Assembly: GCA_039586795.1 (NCBI GenBank)
Contig: JBDHJS010000031.1
Location: forward strand, 1 to 54,896
From: Gemmatimonadota bacterium
Lineage (GTDB): Bacteria; Gemmatimonadota; Gemmatimonadetes; Palauibacterales; KS3-K002
Reading direction: 5' to 3'
DNA: 54,896 nucleotides
In this document: positions 26,920-37,282 of the stretch, one piece after another
How the letters are laid out: each line of letters begins with the position of its first letter
Numbering within the stretch: position 1 is the stretch's first letter
Program-made: the position numbers and the translations under genes
Notes under the pieces: model-generated
Told to the model about the DNA's origin: nothing
Databases searched by the model: none
What the model saw: only the letters and a program-made list of their open reading frames with translations

Positions 26920-27573
26920 CTACGGCGCCAGTCGGATGACGTTCCAGGCGCTATCCTCTCTTATATAGACCAACCGATCGTGGAGCCGGTTGGCGCGCCC
27001 CTGCCAGAATTCGATCCGGTCCGGTTTCAGCCGGTAGCCTCCCCAGAATGGAGGCAGCGGCACTTCCTTACTTTCGAACTCGGACTCGTACTCGCGGTAC
27101 GCTTCCTCGAGCTCCGAGCGCCCCTCGAGCTCCGAGCTCTGTCGCGACGCCCAAGCGCCCAGCTGGCTCCCCCTGGGTCGCGTACGGAAGTACTCGGCCG
27201 ACTCCTCTTCCGACAGGCGCTCTACGCTTCCCTGGATGCGGATTTGCCGGTGGAGGATCGACCAGTGAAGCACCAGAGCGGCTTTCGAATTCTCCTCCAG
27301 CTGCGCGGCTTTGCGACTCCCGTAGTTAGTGTAGAAGCGAAAGCCACGCTCGTCGAATCCCTTGAGCAGCATCATGCGCGCCGATGGCGCGCCGTCTGGC
27401 GTGGCCGTCGCCAGGCAGACCGTTTCGTGCAGATAGATCTTGGCGCGCCGCGCGTCATCGAACCAGCGCCCGAAGAGCGTGAACGGATCGCGCCCCGCGT
27501 CTTCCTCTGACAGACCGCCGAAGGCGCCGCGCCCTACAGTGAACAGCAACCGGAGATTGGATAGGATACTCAT
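26920..27573 (-). CDS. pdxH: Pyridoxine/pyridoxamine 5'-phosphate oxidase
   Basis: PSARMMLLK, FYTNYGSRK, RQIRIQG, SQLGAWASRQS, EFWQGRANRLHDR. Confidence 0.97.
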   Translation of the reverse strand: MSILSNLRLLFTVGRGAFGGLSEEDAGRDPFTLFGRWFDDARRAKIYLHETVCLATATPDGAPSARMMLLKGFDERGFRFYTNYGSRKAAQLEENSKAALVLHWSILHRQIRIQGSVERLSEEESAEYFRTRPRGSQLGAWASRQSSELEGRSELEEAYREYESEFESKEVPLPPFWGGYRLKPDRIEFWQGRANRLHDRLVYIREDSAWNVIRLAP

Positions 27574-27606
27574 GGCCGAGAAACTACTTCGCGTCGCCTC
27601 GCCCGG

Positions 27607-28788
27607 CTACGGCTCGGGCTCTCCGATGACAGCCGCGGCGAGCTCGTTCACCATGTCACCCAGCGGCCGGCCCAACGCCCGTGGCACGCTGCAGTTCACC
27701 TGCACGGCAACGGCGATCCGGTGCTCCGGGTAATACGCCACCTGCGACAGGTAGCCGGGGAAGAACCCGCTATGCCCGTAGCTCACCCCGTGTGGCGTTT
27801 CCAGAATGATCACGCCCAGGCCGTAGCGGCTCCCGGGACCCAGTCGGGCCGGCACGCCGTCCAGTACCTGCTCGAGCAGAGCTGCGTCGTAGGCCTGCCC
27901 CTGGAACAGAGCCGCCGCCCAGCGGGCCAGGTCCTCGGTGGTCGACGACATTCCACCGCCCGCCCACTCGAACTGTGGGTTGATGACGAAACGGCCGTCC
28001 GGAAGGATGACTTCGTCCGTTCCCGAAAACGGGTTGCCGACACCGGCGTAGCCCTGCACCAGGCCAGGAATCGTCCGGCCCGTGGAGGGAACGGTGTTGT
28101 GCAGTTCGAGGGGAGCAAAAAGGCGTTCCTCGACTTCCTCAAAAAGGCTTCGCCCCGTTAGACCCTCGATGATCATCCCGAGGAGTATGTAGTTCGTATC
28201 CGAGTACTCCCAGCCCTGCCCCGCGGCGAAGTTCGGCTCCTCATCCAGGATGTAACCGACCAGATCCTCCGGCTCCCACTGTCGATCGGGTTCAGCTAAC
28301 AGGTCGATCAGGAACTGTTCCTTGAATTCGTAGCGCATCACGCCGCTCGTGTGATTCATCAGATTGCGAACCGTGATGCTCGAGGCGTTGGGTATTCGGT
28401 CGTACCATGAACGGTCGCCAAGATAGGCGGCAACCGGGGCGTCGAGGTCCAAGCGTCCTTCGCCGACCAGCTGCATCGCTACCGCTGCGTAGTACGTCTT
28501 GCCCGTGCTGCCCTGGAGCATGCGATCCTCGGTTCGCATCGGCACACGTCTCGTCGAGTCCGAGTACCCGACCGCCACCGATAGGGTAGTCCCGTCCGGC
28601 AGCGTCACCGCCGCCGTCGCGCCGGGGAACGAGCCGGCGGAGTAAATCCCGTCGAGGACCTCCTGTAGCGTAGCCTCGAGGGCTCGGGTGTCGGTTGTGG
28701 CGACCTGGCCGGACAGCGGAGTGACCAAAGTGGCGAGTGCCAGGACAGCCGCCAGGCGCGTCGATTTTCCAAAGCGTGAAAGCCTCAT
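27607..28788 (-). CDS. Secreted serine hydrolase, beta-lactamase/DD-peptidase family
   Basis: Signal peptide; SxxK (GSTGK), LMNHTSG, YSDTNY, GHSG; start at ATG 28788. Confidence 0.92.
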   Translation of the reverse strand: MRLSRFGKSTRLAAVLALATLVTPLSGQVATTDTRALEATLQEVLDGIYSAGSFPGATAAVTLPDGTTLSVAVGYSDSTRRVPMRTEDRMLQGSTGKTYYAAVAMQLVGEGRLDLDAPVAAYLGDRSWYDRIPNASSITVRNLMNHTSGVMRYEFKEQFLIDLLAEPDRQWEPEDLVGYILDEEPNFAAGQGWEYSDTNYILLGMIIEGLTGRSLFEEVEERLFAPLELHNTVPSTGRTIPGLVQGYAGVGNPFSGTDEVILPDGRFVINPQFEWAGGGMSSTTEDLARWAAALFQGQAYDAALLEQVLDGVPARLGPGSRYGLGVIILETPHGVSYGHSGFFPGYLSQVAYYPEHRIAVAVQVNCSVPRALGRPLGDMVNELAAAVIGEPEP

Positions 28789-28941
28789 ATCACGTAGCCT
28801 GTTCGTCGAGTGAAGGGGTCGGGGCCGCCGGAAATCTTCAGTCTCCCGGCCATTATGGAAAGTGGTCCATCGGTGTTGAGTGGCGCGCCTCCATGACCTA
28901 CGTTCTGAGCACTGCCCCGACAAAACCAACGGAGGTATCCC

Positions 28942-29337
28942 GTGAAGGATAGCGATTACGGAATGCGGAAGGAGCTGCCCGGCACATCGTTTGACGCAGC
29001 AGTGGAACGGGTCACGGCGGCGTTGAAAGACGAGGGCTTCGGCGTGCTGACGACCATCGATGTGAAGGCGACGATGAAAGAGAAGCTGGATGTCGACTTC
29101 AAGTCGTACGTCATACTGGGCGCCTGCAACCCCAATCTCGCGCACCAGGCGCTGACCATGGACGACACGATCGGGCTACTGCTCCCCTGCAACGTGGTGG
29201 TGGCGGAGACCGCGGACGGTTCGGAAGTGGCGATCGCCCGACCGCGAGCGATGCTATCCGTCGCCGGCGAGGAGAGCATGGGCGATTTCGCGGACGAGGC
29301 GGAGGCGCGCCTCAGCCGGGTGATCGAGGCGTTGTAG
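28942..29337 (+). CDS. DUF302 domain protein
   Basis: GGAGG RBS; GFGVLTTID, YVILGACNP, IGLLLPCNVVV. Confidence 0.95.
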   Translation: MKDSDYGMRKELPGTSFDAAVERVTAALKDEGFGVLTTIDVKATMKEKLDVDFKSYVILGACNPNLAHQALTMDDTIGLLLPCNVVVAETADGSEVAIARPRAMLSVAGEESMGDFADEAEARLSRVIEAL

Positions 29338-29379
29338 CGATACGGCGTCCACAATCACGCACAACCAGGCGAGCCCATC

Positions 29380-30660
29380 ATGATGCGCTGCAATTACTAC
29401 CCGGGCCTGTGTGTCCTCGCGTTCGCGCTGGTCGCGCCGTCGGTGCTCCAGGCGCAGTCCCCGGCACCAGTGGTGTTGCGGCCCGCCCGCGTCTTCGATG
29501 GTGCAGAACTACACGAGGGCTGGGCGGTGCTCGTCGTCGACGATCGGATCGCCGCCGCCGGCCCCGCGGATCGACTGCCGCGGCCCTCCGAGGCTCAGGT
29601 CATCGACCTCCCGGGACTGACGCTGCTACCCGGCCTGATCGAGGGGCACTCGCACCTGCTGCTCCACCCCTACGATGAGACGCCCTGGAACGACCAGGTG
29701 CTGAATGAACCGCTGGCGATGCGCGCCGTCCGGGCCGCAGTGGCGGCCGGAAAGACGTTGATGGCCGGGGTGACGACGGAACGGGATCTGGGAAGCGAGG
29801 GCGCCGGTTACGCCGATGTCGGCATCAAGCGCGCCATCGACGAGGGCGTCATCCCCGGTCCCCGCCTGCTCGTCGCGGGTCCCGCCATCGTGGCGACGGG
29901 AAGCTATGGTCCGAAGGGCGCCCCCGAGTGGGACCTGCCAAAGGGCGCCGAGGCCGCCGACGGCTATGACGATCTAATCCGGGTAACCCGGGACCAGATC
30001 GGTAACGGCGCCGACTTCATCAAGGTCTACGCCGACTATCGATGGGGACCGAACGGCGAAACGCAGCCCACGTTCACACAGGCGGAGCTGGAGTTGATCG
30101 TCGAGGTGGCGGCCAGCTCCGGGCGTGTCGTCGCCGCCCACGCCAGCAGCCCGGAGGCGATGCGCCGGGCGACGTTGGCCGGCGTCGTGAGCATCGAGCA
30201 CGGCGACGGTGGCACACCGGAGGTTTTCGAGTTGATGGCCGAGCGTAGGGTCGGGCTTTGCCCCACGCTGGGCGCCGCGGAAGCGGTGACGACCTACGCT
30301 GGTTGGCGAAAGGGCACCGACCCCGAGCCAGAACGGATCACGATGAAGAAGCGGGCGTTTCGCCAGGCGCTGGATGCCGGTGTGCCGATCTGCTTTGGCG
30401 GCGACGTCGGCGTCTACTCCCATGGCGACAACGTCTGGGAGTTGGAATTGATGGTGGAGTACGGAATGACGGCACTGCAGGCGACCGTGGCCGCGACCTC
30501 TGGTAACGCGGAGATCCTCGGCCTCGACGATCGCGGCGCGATCCGCGATGGCCTGCTGGCAGACCTCATCGCTGTCGCCGGTGACCCAACGGACGACATT
30601 TCGTCGCTGCGCAACGTACGCTTCGTGATGAAAGGCGGAGAAGTTGTACGACACGAGTAA
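29380..30660 (+). CDS. Secreted amidohydrolase (Xaa-Pro dipeptidase-like)
   Basis: PGLIEGHSH, GVTTERDLG, GADFIK, AAHA, SIEHG, GGDVG, ADLIAV. Confidence 0.92.
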   Translation: MMRCNYYPGLCVLAFALVAPSVLQAQSPAPVVLRPARVFDGAELHEGWAVLVVDDRIAAAGPADRLPRPSEAQVIDLPGLTLLPGLIEGHSHLLLHPYDETPWNDQVLNEPLAMRAVRAAVAAGKTLMAGVTTERDLGSEGAGYADVGIKRAIDEGVIPGPRLLVAGPAIVATGSYGPKGAPEWDLPKGAEAADGYDDLIRVTRDQIGNGADFIKVYADYRWGPNGETQPTFTQAELELIVEVAASSGRVVAAHASSPEAMRRATLAGVVSIEHGDGGTPEVFELMAERRVGLCPTLGAAEAVTTYAGWRKGTDPEPERITMKKRAFRQALDAGVPICFGGDVGVYSHGDNVWELELMVEYGMTALQATVAATSGNAEILGLDDRGAIRDGLLADLIAVAGDPTDDISSLRNVRFVMKGGEVVRHE

Positions 30661-30688
30661 TACCGATCAACCACGAGAGAGAGCGAGT

Positions 30689-33586
30689 ATGAACCGCACG
30701 CGAGTTAGACAGATCAGACACTTCGCATACCTGGCGCTTTTCCTGTGCCTGCTACCTTCGGGACTCCTGGCACAGGAGCGGCGTACCCTCACGTTCGCCG
30801 ACCTGATGAAGTTCCGGCAGGTGCAAAACGCCAGCATCTCCGACGACGGTGGCTGGATCGCCTTCACCGCCGATCCGGATCGGGGTGACGGCGAGGTGAT
30901 CATCCACTCCACGGATGGCACGACGCGGTACGTCGTCCCCCTGGGCGCGCGGCCGGTGATCTCGGCCGACGGCGCGTGGGTCGCCATGCGGCTCGAACCG
31001 TCGGTGGAAGCGATGGAGAAAGCCAAGCGCAACGACCGGCCGCAAGCCGGGTTGTCGCTGCTGGCCACCGCCGACGGGACGATCACCAGCTGGGAGGCGG
31101 TACAGCGATTCGCCTTCTCGGCTGACGGCGGTTGGCTGGCCCGGCTGCACTTCGAGCCGAAGGACTCGGACGAGGACTCCGACGAGGAGCAGGAGGGAGA
31201 AGCGGAAGAAGTAGGGGAAGGAGAGAGTGAGGAGGAAGCGAGAAAGCGCGAGAAACCAGGGACGCTGATGGTTCTTCGGGAGCTGGCGACGGGACAAGAG
31301 ATCTCAGTAGAGCACGTGCGCGCGTTCTCATTTGATGACGACGGCCGCTACCTGGTCTACGTCGTCGCGGCGCCCGACGGTGAGGGTGACGGGCTGTACT
31401 TGAGAGACCTGAGCAACGATGCGGTTCGCGCGCTGGATGTCCGGTCGTTCGCCTCGATCGGCAGCATCGCCTGGTGGGAAGACGGATCCCGACTCGCCTG
31501 GGTTTCCGCCGACGAGGATGAAGACGGAGAGGCGGGCCCCGGCTCACTGCTGGTTTGGGCGGGCAACGATGTAGCTACGGCGATCGCCGCAGACGACACG
31601 CCCGCGGGTTGGATGATCCCAGCAGACAACTGGATGGGTTGGTCGGAGGACGGGCAGCGCCTCTTCTTCGGGTTCCGGCCTCAAAGAGCCGACGATGAAG
31701 ATGACGGCGAGTCGGAGACAGAGAGCGAGGACGAAGCAGACGACAGCGCTGAAGACGAAGAGCCCTTCGATCCCTACGACTTCGACACGATCCTCGCGGA
31801 GCGCGGCGTGGACGTCTGGCACACGAATGACCTACTCATCATTCCCAATCAGAAAGAGGTCTGGGAGGACGAACAGGAGAAGCGCTACACAGCCGTCTAT
31901 CACATGCGAAACGGACGCGTCGTGCAGCTTGCCGATTCGCTGGTCGAGGTGGGCGGCGCGGTGGACAACCCACGCCAGGCTCTTGGCAACGCTACAGCTC
32001 CCTACATGAGAGAGCGGACCTGGGCCGGCTTCGCCTCTGACGTGTATCTGGTCGACCTGGATGATGGTTCAAAGACGAGAATCATCGAGCGCTACAGCGG
32101 CGGTGGCTCGCTGGCGACCGGTTGGCTGCGCGGGCGCGGTGTGCTCGCGTCATCGATGAGTCTGTCGCCGGAGGGCCGCTACGTCGCCTACTACATGGCC
32201 GACCATTGGCACATATACGACGCCGAACGGGGAACGACACGGAATCTGACGGAAGGGATGGATGTTCCCTTCTACGATGTGGATCATGACTACCCCAGCC
32301 CTCGCGGCGGCCACGGAATCGGCGGCTGGGTCGAAGGTGACGATGCGATTCTGATCTACGACAAGTACGACGTTTGGCAGTTCCCGACCGACGGCGGCGA
32401 GCCGACCAACCTGACGGGCGGCGCGGGCCGGGAAGAGCATCGCATCTTCCGGGTGCTGCGGATCGACCCCGATGTCGATGCGTTCGAGAATGGCGACTGG
32501 GTCCACCTGGCCTCTTTCCATGAGTTGGAGAAGAACTTCGGCTACTACCGCACTCGCATCGGGCGGGGCGGGCTGGAAGCGTTGCTGGAAGCGGACAAGA
32601 AGTTCCAGTTCATGGGTAAAGCGGAGGATGCCGATCGCCTGCTCTTCACGCGCCAGGACTACGACGAGTTCCCCGATTTGTGGGTCTCGAATCTCTGGTT
32701 CGGCGATACGCGCAAGCTGACCGATGTGAACCCTCAGATCAGCGAGTTCGCCTGGGGCACCTCCGAGCTGGTCGAATGGACGTCGGACGACGGCGTGACA
32801 CTGCACGGCGTGGTGATCAAGCCGGGGAACTACCAGCCCGGCCAGCGCTACCCGGTGCTGACCTATTTCTACCGCTTCTTCTCGCAGCGGCTCCATGAGT
32901 TCAACCAGCCGGTCGTGAACCACCGACCCAGCTTCCCGGTCTACGCTTCAGACGGATATATCGTCTTCCTACCCGACGTGCGGTTCGAGGTGGGGAGGCC
33001 CGGTCTTTCGTCGATGAAGAGCGTGGTGCCGGGAGTGAAGAAGCTGGTCGACATGGGACTGGCCGATCCAAACGCGCTGGGACTTCACGGTCACTCGTGG
33101 AGCGGCTACACCACTTCATATATAGTGACACAGACCGACATCTTCGCCGCCGCGGTGGCCGGCGCGCCGGTCACCAACATGACCAGCGCTTACAGCGGCA
33201 TCCGCTGGGGCTCCGGCCTGGCTCGTCAGTTCCAGTATGAGCAGGGACAGAGTCGGTTGTCAGGAAGTTTGTGGGAAGCGACGGCGGACTACATCGAGAA
33301 CTCACCGATCTTCTTCGCCGAGTACATCGAGACGCCGATCGTCATCATGCACGGCGATGTGGACGGCGCGGTCCCCTGGTACCAGAGTATCGAGTTCTAC
33401 CTTGCGCTGCGGCGACTGAACAAGCAGGCGGTGTTCCTCCAGTACCGGGACGAGCCGCACCACCCGCAGAAGTACGCGAACAAGCTGGACTATTCGATTC
33501 GCATGAAGGAGTTCTTCGACCACTACTTGAAGGGCGAGCCAGCTCCGCTCTGGTGGAGCGAGGGTATCCCTTACAACGGGAATTAG
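30689..33586 (+). CDS. Secreted S9 family peptidase (prolyl oligopeptidase clan)
   Basis: Signal peptide; beta-propeller repeats; catalytic GHSWSG, HGDVDGAVP, EPHH. Confidence 0.95.
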   Translation: MNRTRVRQIRHFAYLALFLCLLPSGLLAQERRTLTFADLMKFRQVQNASISDDGGWIAFTADPDRGDGEVIIHSTDGTTRYVVPLGARPVISADGAWVAMRLEPSVEAMEKAKRNDRPQAGLSLLATADGTITSWEAVQRFAFSADGGWLARLHFEPKDSDEDSDEEQEGEAEEVGEGESEEEARKREKPGTLMVLRELATGQEISVEHVRAFSFDDDGRYLVYVVAAPDGEGDGLYLRDLSNDAVRALDVRSFASIGSIAWWEDGSRLAWVSADEDEDGEAGPGSLLVWAGNDVATAIAADDTPAGWMIPADNWMGWSEDGQRLFFGFRPQRADDEDDGESETESEDEADDSAEDEEPFDPYDFDTILAERGVDVWHTNDLLIIPNQKEVWEDEQEKRYTAVYHMRNGRVVQLADSLVEVGGAVDNPRQALGNATAPYMRERTWAGFASDVYLVDLDDGSKTRIIERYSGGGSLATGWLRGRGVLASSMSLSPEGRYVAYYMADHWHIYDAERGTTRNLTEGMDVPFYDVDHDYPSPRGGHGIGGWVEGDDAILIYDKYDVWQFPTDGGEPTNLTGGAGREEHRIFRVLRIDPDVDAFENGDWVHLASFHELEKNFGYYRTRIGRGGLEALLEADKKFQFMGKAEDADRLLFTRQDYDEFPDLWVSNLWFGDTRKLTDVNPQISEFAWGTSELVEWTSDDGVTLHGVVIKPGNYQPGQRYPVLTYFYRFFSQRLHEFNQPVVNHRPSFPVYASDGYIVFLPDVRFEVGRPGLSSMKSVVPGVKKLVDMGLADPNALGLHGHSWSGYTTSYIVTQTDIFAAAVAGAPVTNMTSAYSGIRWGSGLARQFQYEQGQSRLSGSLWEATADYIENSPIFFAEYIETPIVIMHGDVDGAVPWYQSIEFYLALRRLNKQAVFLQYRDEPHHPQKYANKLDYSIRMKEFFDHYLKGEPAPLWWSEGIPYNGN

Positions 33587-33596
33587 ACGATAGATA

Positions 33597-33649
33597 ACTC
33601 CCACTCCTGCTCGTGCTCGTATTGGTCGAGCACGAGCAGGAGTAGGAGT
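33597..33649. terminator. Long hairpin between convergent genes, built from hexamer units
   Basis: ACTCCCACTCCTGCTCGTGCTCG - 7 nt - CGAGCACGAGCAGGAGTAGGAGT (23-bp stem, 1 mismatch); no U tract. Confidence 0.6.
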
Positions 33650-33652
33650 GGG

Positions 33653-35203
33653 TCAACTATCCTTGTGGAGATCGGTGAGGATAGCGGACAGGAAGGATTC
33701 TCCGTAGCGCTGCAACTTTGTCGGCCCGACACCCGGTACCTCGAGCAACTCGTCTGACGTCGTGGGCCGAGCCCGCGCCATCCCCCTCAACGTGCTATCG
33801 CTGAACACTATGTAGGCGGGAACGCCTTGAGCGTCGGCCAATCGCCTTCGCACCTCACGCAATCGCTGGAACAGGCGTTCGGCATCCGGATCATCGACGA
33901 TGGGGACATCCGTCTCGCGCCCGTCCTGATCCACCGGGACGTATACCAGCTCTGAAGTGTCCAGGGCCGCCGCCCGTCGCCCCATCCCTTCCGCGGCCAG
34001 CTGCTCTGTGCTCTTGCCTGTGCAGACGTCACAAGACTCACTACACGCTTCGATCTCCTCGTCGAAGTGGGCGAGAATCGCCTGGTGCCGGCACGTGTCG
34101 CGCTCAACGAGCTTGAACAGCGCGCGGTTCGCTTTGAGCTTGATCCACCGCAGATCGGAATCCTCTATATCATCGAGGAAGCGGTCGTGTGCCTTCACGT
34201 CGGCCCACGAGTAGAAGAGGAAACAATCGCTGTCCAGCCCATCCCGTCCCGCGCGACCCATCTCCTGGTACCACGACTCGATGTCCTTCGGCATATCGCG
34301 GTGGATGATGAAGCGGACGTTGGATTTGTCGATCCCCATCCCGAACGCGATGGTGGCGACGATGACTTCGATATCGTCGCGGGCGAACGCATCCTGATTC
34401 GCGATCCGTTCGTCGTCGCTCAGCCCGGCATGGTACGGCGCGGCGCGGATTCCCTCCCCCTGCAAGAACTCGGTCGTCTGGTCTACGGATCGGCGCGACA
34501 AGCAATAGACGATCCCGCAGTCGCCTTCCCGGGCCCGGATGAGCCCGAGGATCTCTTTTCGCGTGTCGCCCGTTCCCTTCTTTCGGCAGTAGATCCGCAG
34601 GTTGGGCCGGAAGAAAGATCCCTTGTAGCCTTTCGGCTTCACCATCCCCAACTGCTTGATGATGTCGCGGGCCACCTGTCGGGTGGCAGTAGCAGTGAGA
34701 GCCAGAGCCGGTATCTGGTTCAGTTCATCCTTGAGACCTCGCAGCCGACGGTACGACGGCCTGAAATCATGTCCCCACTGCGAGATGCAGTGCGCCTCGT
34801 CCACCACGATGAGCGATAGCGGCCACTCCCGCGCCAGCTGCCGTAATGACCCATCCAACGCTTCCGGGGCTAGGAACACCAGCTCGTATTCGCCGGCGCG
34901 GGTCGCCGCGATGCGACGCCGGCGCTCGTCGAAATCCAGCGTCGAGTTTATGGCGGTTGCGCGGAAGCCGACCGCTTCCAGCGCGTCCACCTGGTCCTTC
35001 ATAAGGGAGATGAGCGGCGAGATGACGAGTACGGTACCGGGAAGGATCTTCGCCGGTACCTGGAAGGTCAGAGATTTTCCGGCGCCCGTAGGCATAACGC
35101 CGATGCAATCGTGCCCCTCGAGGAGGGCCTCGATCACTTCGAGCTGGCCGGGGCGAAACTCATCGTACCCGAATACGCCGCGGAGTACGTCTTGCGGTTT
35201 CAA
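33653..35203 (-). CDS. recQ: RecQ family ATP-dependent DNA helicase with Zn-binding and HRDC domains
   Basis: [66 protein letters not shown]. Confidence 0.93.
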   Translation of the reverse strand: MKPQDVLRGVFGYDEFRPGQLEVIEALLEGHDCIGVMPTGAGKSLTFQVPAKILPGTVLVISPLISLMKDQVDALEAVGFRATAINSTLDFDERRRRIAATRAGEYELVFLAPEALDGSLRQLAREWPLSLIVVDEAHCISQWGHDFRPSYRRLRGLKDELNQIPALALTATATRQVARDIIKQLGMVKPKGYKGSFFRPNLRIYCRKKGTGDTRKEILGLIRAREGDCGIVYCLSRRSVDQTTEFLQGEGIRAAPYHAGLSDDERIANQDAFARDDIEVIVATIAFGMGIDKSNVRFIIHRDMPKDIESWYQEMGRAGRDGLDSDCFLFYSWADVKAHDRFLDDIEDSDLRWIKLKANRALFKLVERDTCRHQAILAHFDEEIEACSESCDVCTGKSTEQLAAEGMGRRAAALDTSELVYVPVDQDGRETDVPIVDDPDAERLFQRLREVRRRLADAQGVPAYIVFSDSTLRGMARARPTTSDELLEVPGVGPTKLQRYGESFLSAILTDLHKDS

Positions 35204-35209
35204 ACTTCG

Positions 35210-36376
35210 CTAGCTTGCCTCGCTCGCCGCTTCCCGCATCAGGTTGCGGGCGACGACCAGACGCTGAATCTGGTTCGTCCCTTCGTAGATCTGCGTGATC
35301 TTCGCGTCGCGCATGTACTTCTCGATCGGATAGTCCTTGCAGTAGCCGTAGCCGCCGAACAGCTGCACACAGTCGGTGGTCACCTTCATCGCTACATCGG
35401 TGGCGAACAACTTACACATCGCCGAAACCTTGGAGATGTTCTTGGCACCCGAGTCAATCGTCCGGGCGGCGGTGTGCACCAGTTGGCGCGCCGCCTCGAT
35501 ATGCGTTGACATGTCAGCGAACATCCACTGAACGCCCTGGAACGAACTGACGGACTGACCGAACTGCTGGCGCTCATGCGTGTACGCCATCGCCAGGTCC
35601 ATGGCGCCCTGCGCCAGGCCCACGGCCTGCGCCGCGACGCCGGGGCGTGCACGGTCGAGAGTGATCATCGCGTGCTTGAAGCCACGTCCCTCTTTTCCGC
35701 CCAACAAACTGTCCGCCGGCACCTTGCAGTTCTCTAGATGGATCTCCACGACGGGCACGCAGCGGATGCCCATCTTGTCCTCGTGCTTGCCCACGCTGTA
35801 GCCGGGCGTGTCGGCGTCGACCACGAAGGCCGAGATCCCCCGCGCTCCGCGACCCGGCTCGGTGACGGCAAAGATCGTGTTGTAGGCTGAGACAGCGCCG
35901 CCCGTATTCCATTTCTTCTCGCCGTTCAGGACGTAATGATCTCCGTCACGCGTGGCCTCGGTGGTCATCGATCCAGCGTCCGACCCAGCCTTCGCCTCAG
36001 ACAGACCGAACGAGATCAGCTTTTCGCCGGACGCGATATTGGGCAGCCAGCTCGCCTTCTGCTCGTCCGTCCCGCCAACGATCACCGGGAATGAGCCCAA
36101 AGCATTGACGGCGTAGCCAACACCCATACCACCACAGGCACGCGAGAATTCCTCGACCACGATGCACAGGTCGAGAACGCCGCCGCCCATGCCACCGTAT
36201 TCCTCTGGAATCCAGACGCCGGACAGTCCGGCCTCCTTGATCGCCTTCTGGACCTCCCAGGGATACTCTTGAGCCTCATCGTATTTAGCCGCCACCGGCC
36301 GCATGACGTTCTCGGCCAGCTCCCTGGCGCGGTTTCTAAGCTCGATCTGCCTGGCAGTATAGAGTTCCTCGATCAT
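35210..36376 (-). CDS. Acyl-CoA dehydrogenase (short-chain type)
   Basis: LSEAKAGSD, LNGEKKW, EDKMGIR, RQQFG, FGGYGY, RDAKITQIYEGT; start at ATG 36376. Confidence 0.95.
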   Translation of the reverse strand: MIEELYTARQIELRNRARELAENVMRPVAAKYDEAQEYPWEVQKAIKEAGLSGVWIPEEYGGMGGGVLDLCIVVEEFSRACGGMGVGYAVNALGSFPVIVGGTDEQKASWLPNIASGEKLISFGLSEAKAGSDAGSMTTEATRDGDHYVLNGEKKWNTGGAVSAYNTIFAVTEPGRGARGISAFVVDADTPGYSVGKHEDKMGIRCVPVVEIHLENCKVPADSLLGGKEGRGFKHAMITLDRARPGVAAQAVGLAQGAMDLAMAYTHERQQFGQSVSSFQGVQWMFADMSTHIEAARQLVHTAARTIDSGAKNISKVSAMCKLFATDVAMKVTTDCVQLFGGYGYCKDYPIEKYMRDAKITQIYEGTNQIQRLVVARNLMREAASEAS

Positions 36377-36505
36377 CGTTCTCTCATCTTTTGTGGTTGC
36401 GCTGGTGGCTGTCGTCGGAGCCGCTTGATGGTTGGTGGCGCGCAGCGAGGGCGTTGATAATAACACGACGCCGCTCGGGCCGCACCGGGCCGATTCCTAT
36501 GCCGG

Positions 36506-37252
36506 TTACATCTTTCGAATCCGCACCTCGATTCCCGCTTCGCCCTCCATCAACCTCAACAGCTCGTCCGTATCCGTGCTCCCGTAGTGATATGGGTAGA
36601 GGATCTTGGGGCGAAACGCCCTGGCCGCGTCCGCGACCATCTCCGGCGTCATCGTATACGGCAGATTCATCGGCAAGAACGCGACGTCGATGTCTCGTAT
36701 CGCCTTCATCTCAGGCGTATTCTCGGCGTCGCCCGCCACGAATACCCGGACATCCCCGAACGTCAGGATGTAGCTGTTCCCGTCCCCCTTCGCGTGATAC
36801 GGCTGCCCGTTGTCGCGCATGTGGACCAGATTGTACGCGGGTATCGCTTCAATGAGGACGCCCAACTCCGTCCGTGACGCCCCGTTCTCCATCACGATCG
36901 CGCCCTGGATTCGGTCGTCGCAGGCACGACAGACGATCACGACCGTCTCTTCGGTGCTGACACCCATGATCGCGCCGGCGTCCAGGTGGTCGCCGTGGGG
37001 ATGGGTGATCAACACCAGGTCCGCATCAGGCAACGTGCTGTAGTCCGCGAGGCGGCTGAACGGGTCGACGTGGATCACCCTGTCGTCGAACTCGAACATC
37101 AGAGTGCCGTGCCCGACGAACGTGATCGTCAAATCGCCAGCGGAAGTCGGGATCACGTCATGCTGAAATTCGGTTTGTCCTCGAGCCGCGCTTGCCGCTA
37201 GCAGAAGCGCCAATGCAGACACGATCGTAAGTAGATAAACGCGCATGTTCAT
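36506..37252 (-). CDS. Secreted MBL-fold metallo-hydrolase
   Basis: Signal peptide; THPHGDH, AYN..H, AGD, PYHY. Confidence 0.92.
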   Translation of the reverse strand: MNMRVYLLTIVSALALLLAASAARGQTEFQHDVIPTSAGDLTITFVGHGTLMFEFDDRVIHVDPFSRLADYSTLPDADLVLITHPHGDHLDAGAIMGVSTEETVVIVCRACDDRIQGAIVMENGASRTELGVLIEAIPAYNLVHMRDNGQPYHAKGDGNSYILTFGDVRVFVAGDAENTPEMKAIRDIDVAFLPMNLPYTMTPEMVADAARAFRPKILYPYHYGSTDTDELLRLMEGEAGIEVRIRKM

Positions 37253-37282
37253 GATGACTCCGGCTCTAGCACAACTGATCTT

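Noticed and set aside
27607..28788. Serine hydrolase, and the MBL-fold protein at 36506-37252, as antibiotic-resistance beta-lactamases
   Set aside because: Motifs support only the broad superfamilies, most members of which are esterases, peptidases or other hydrolases
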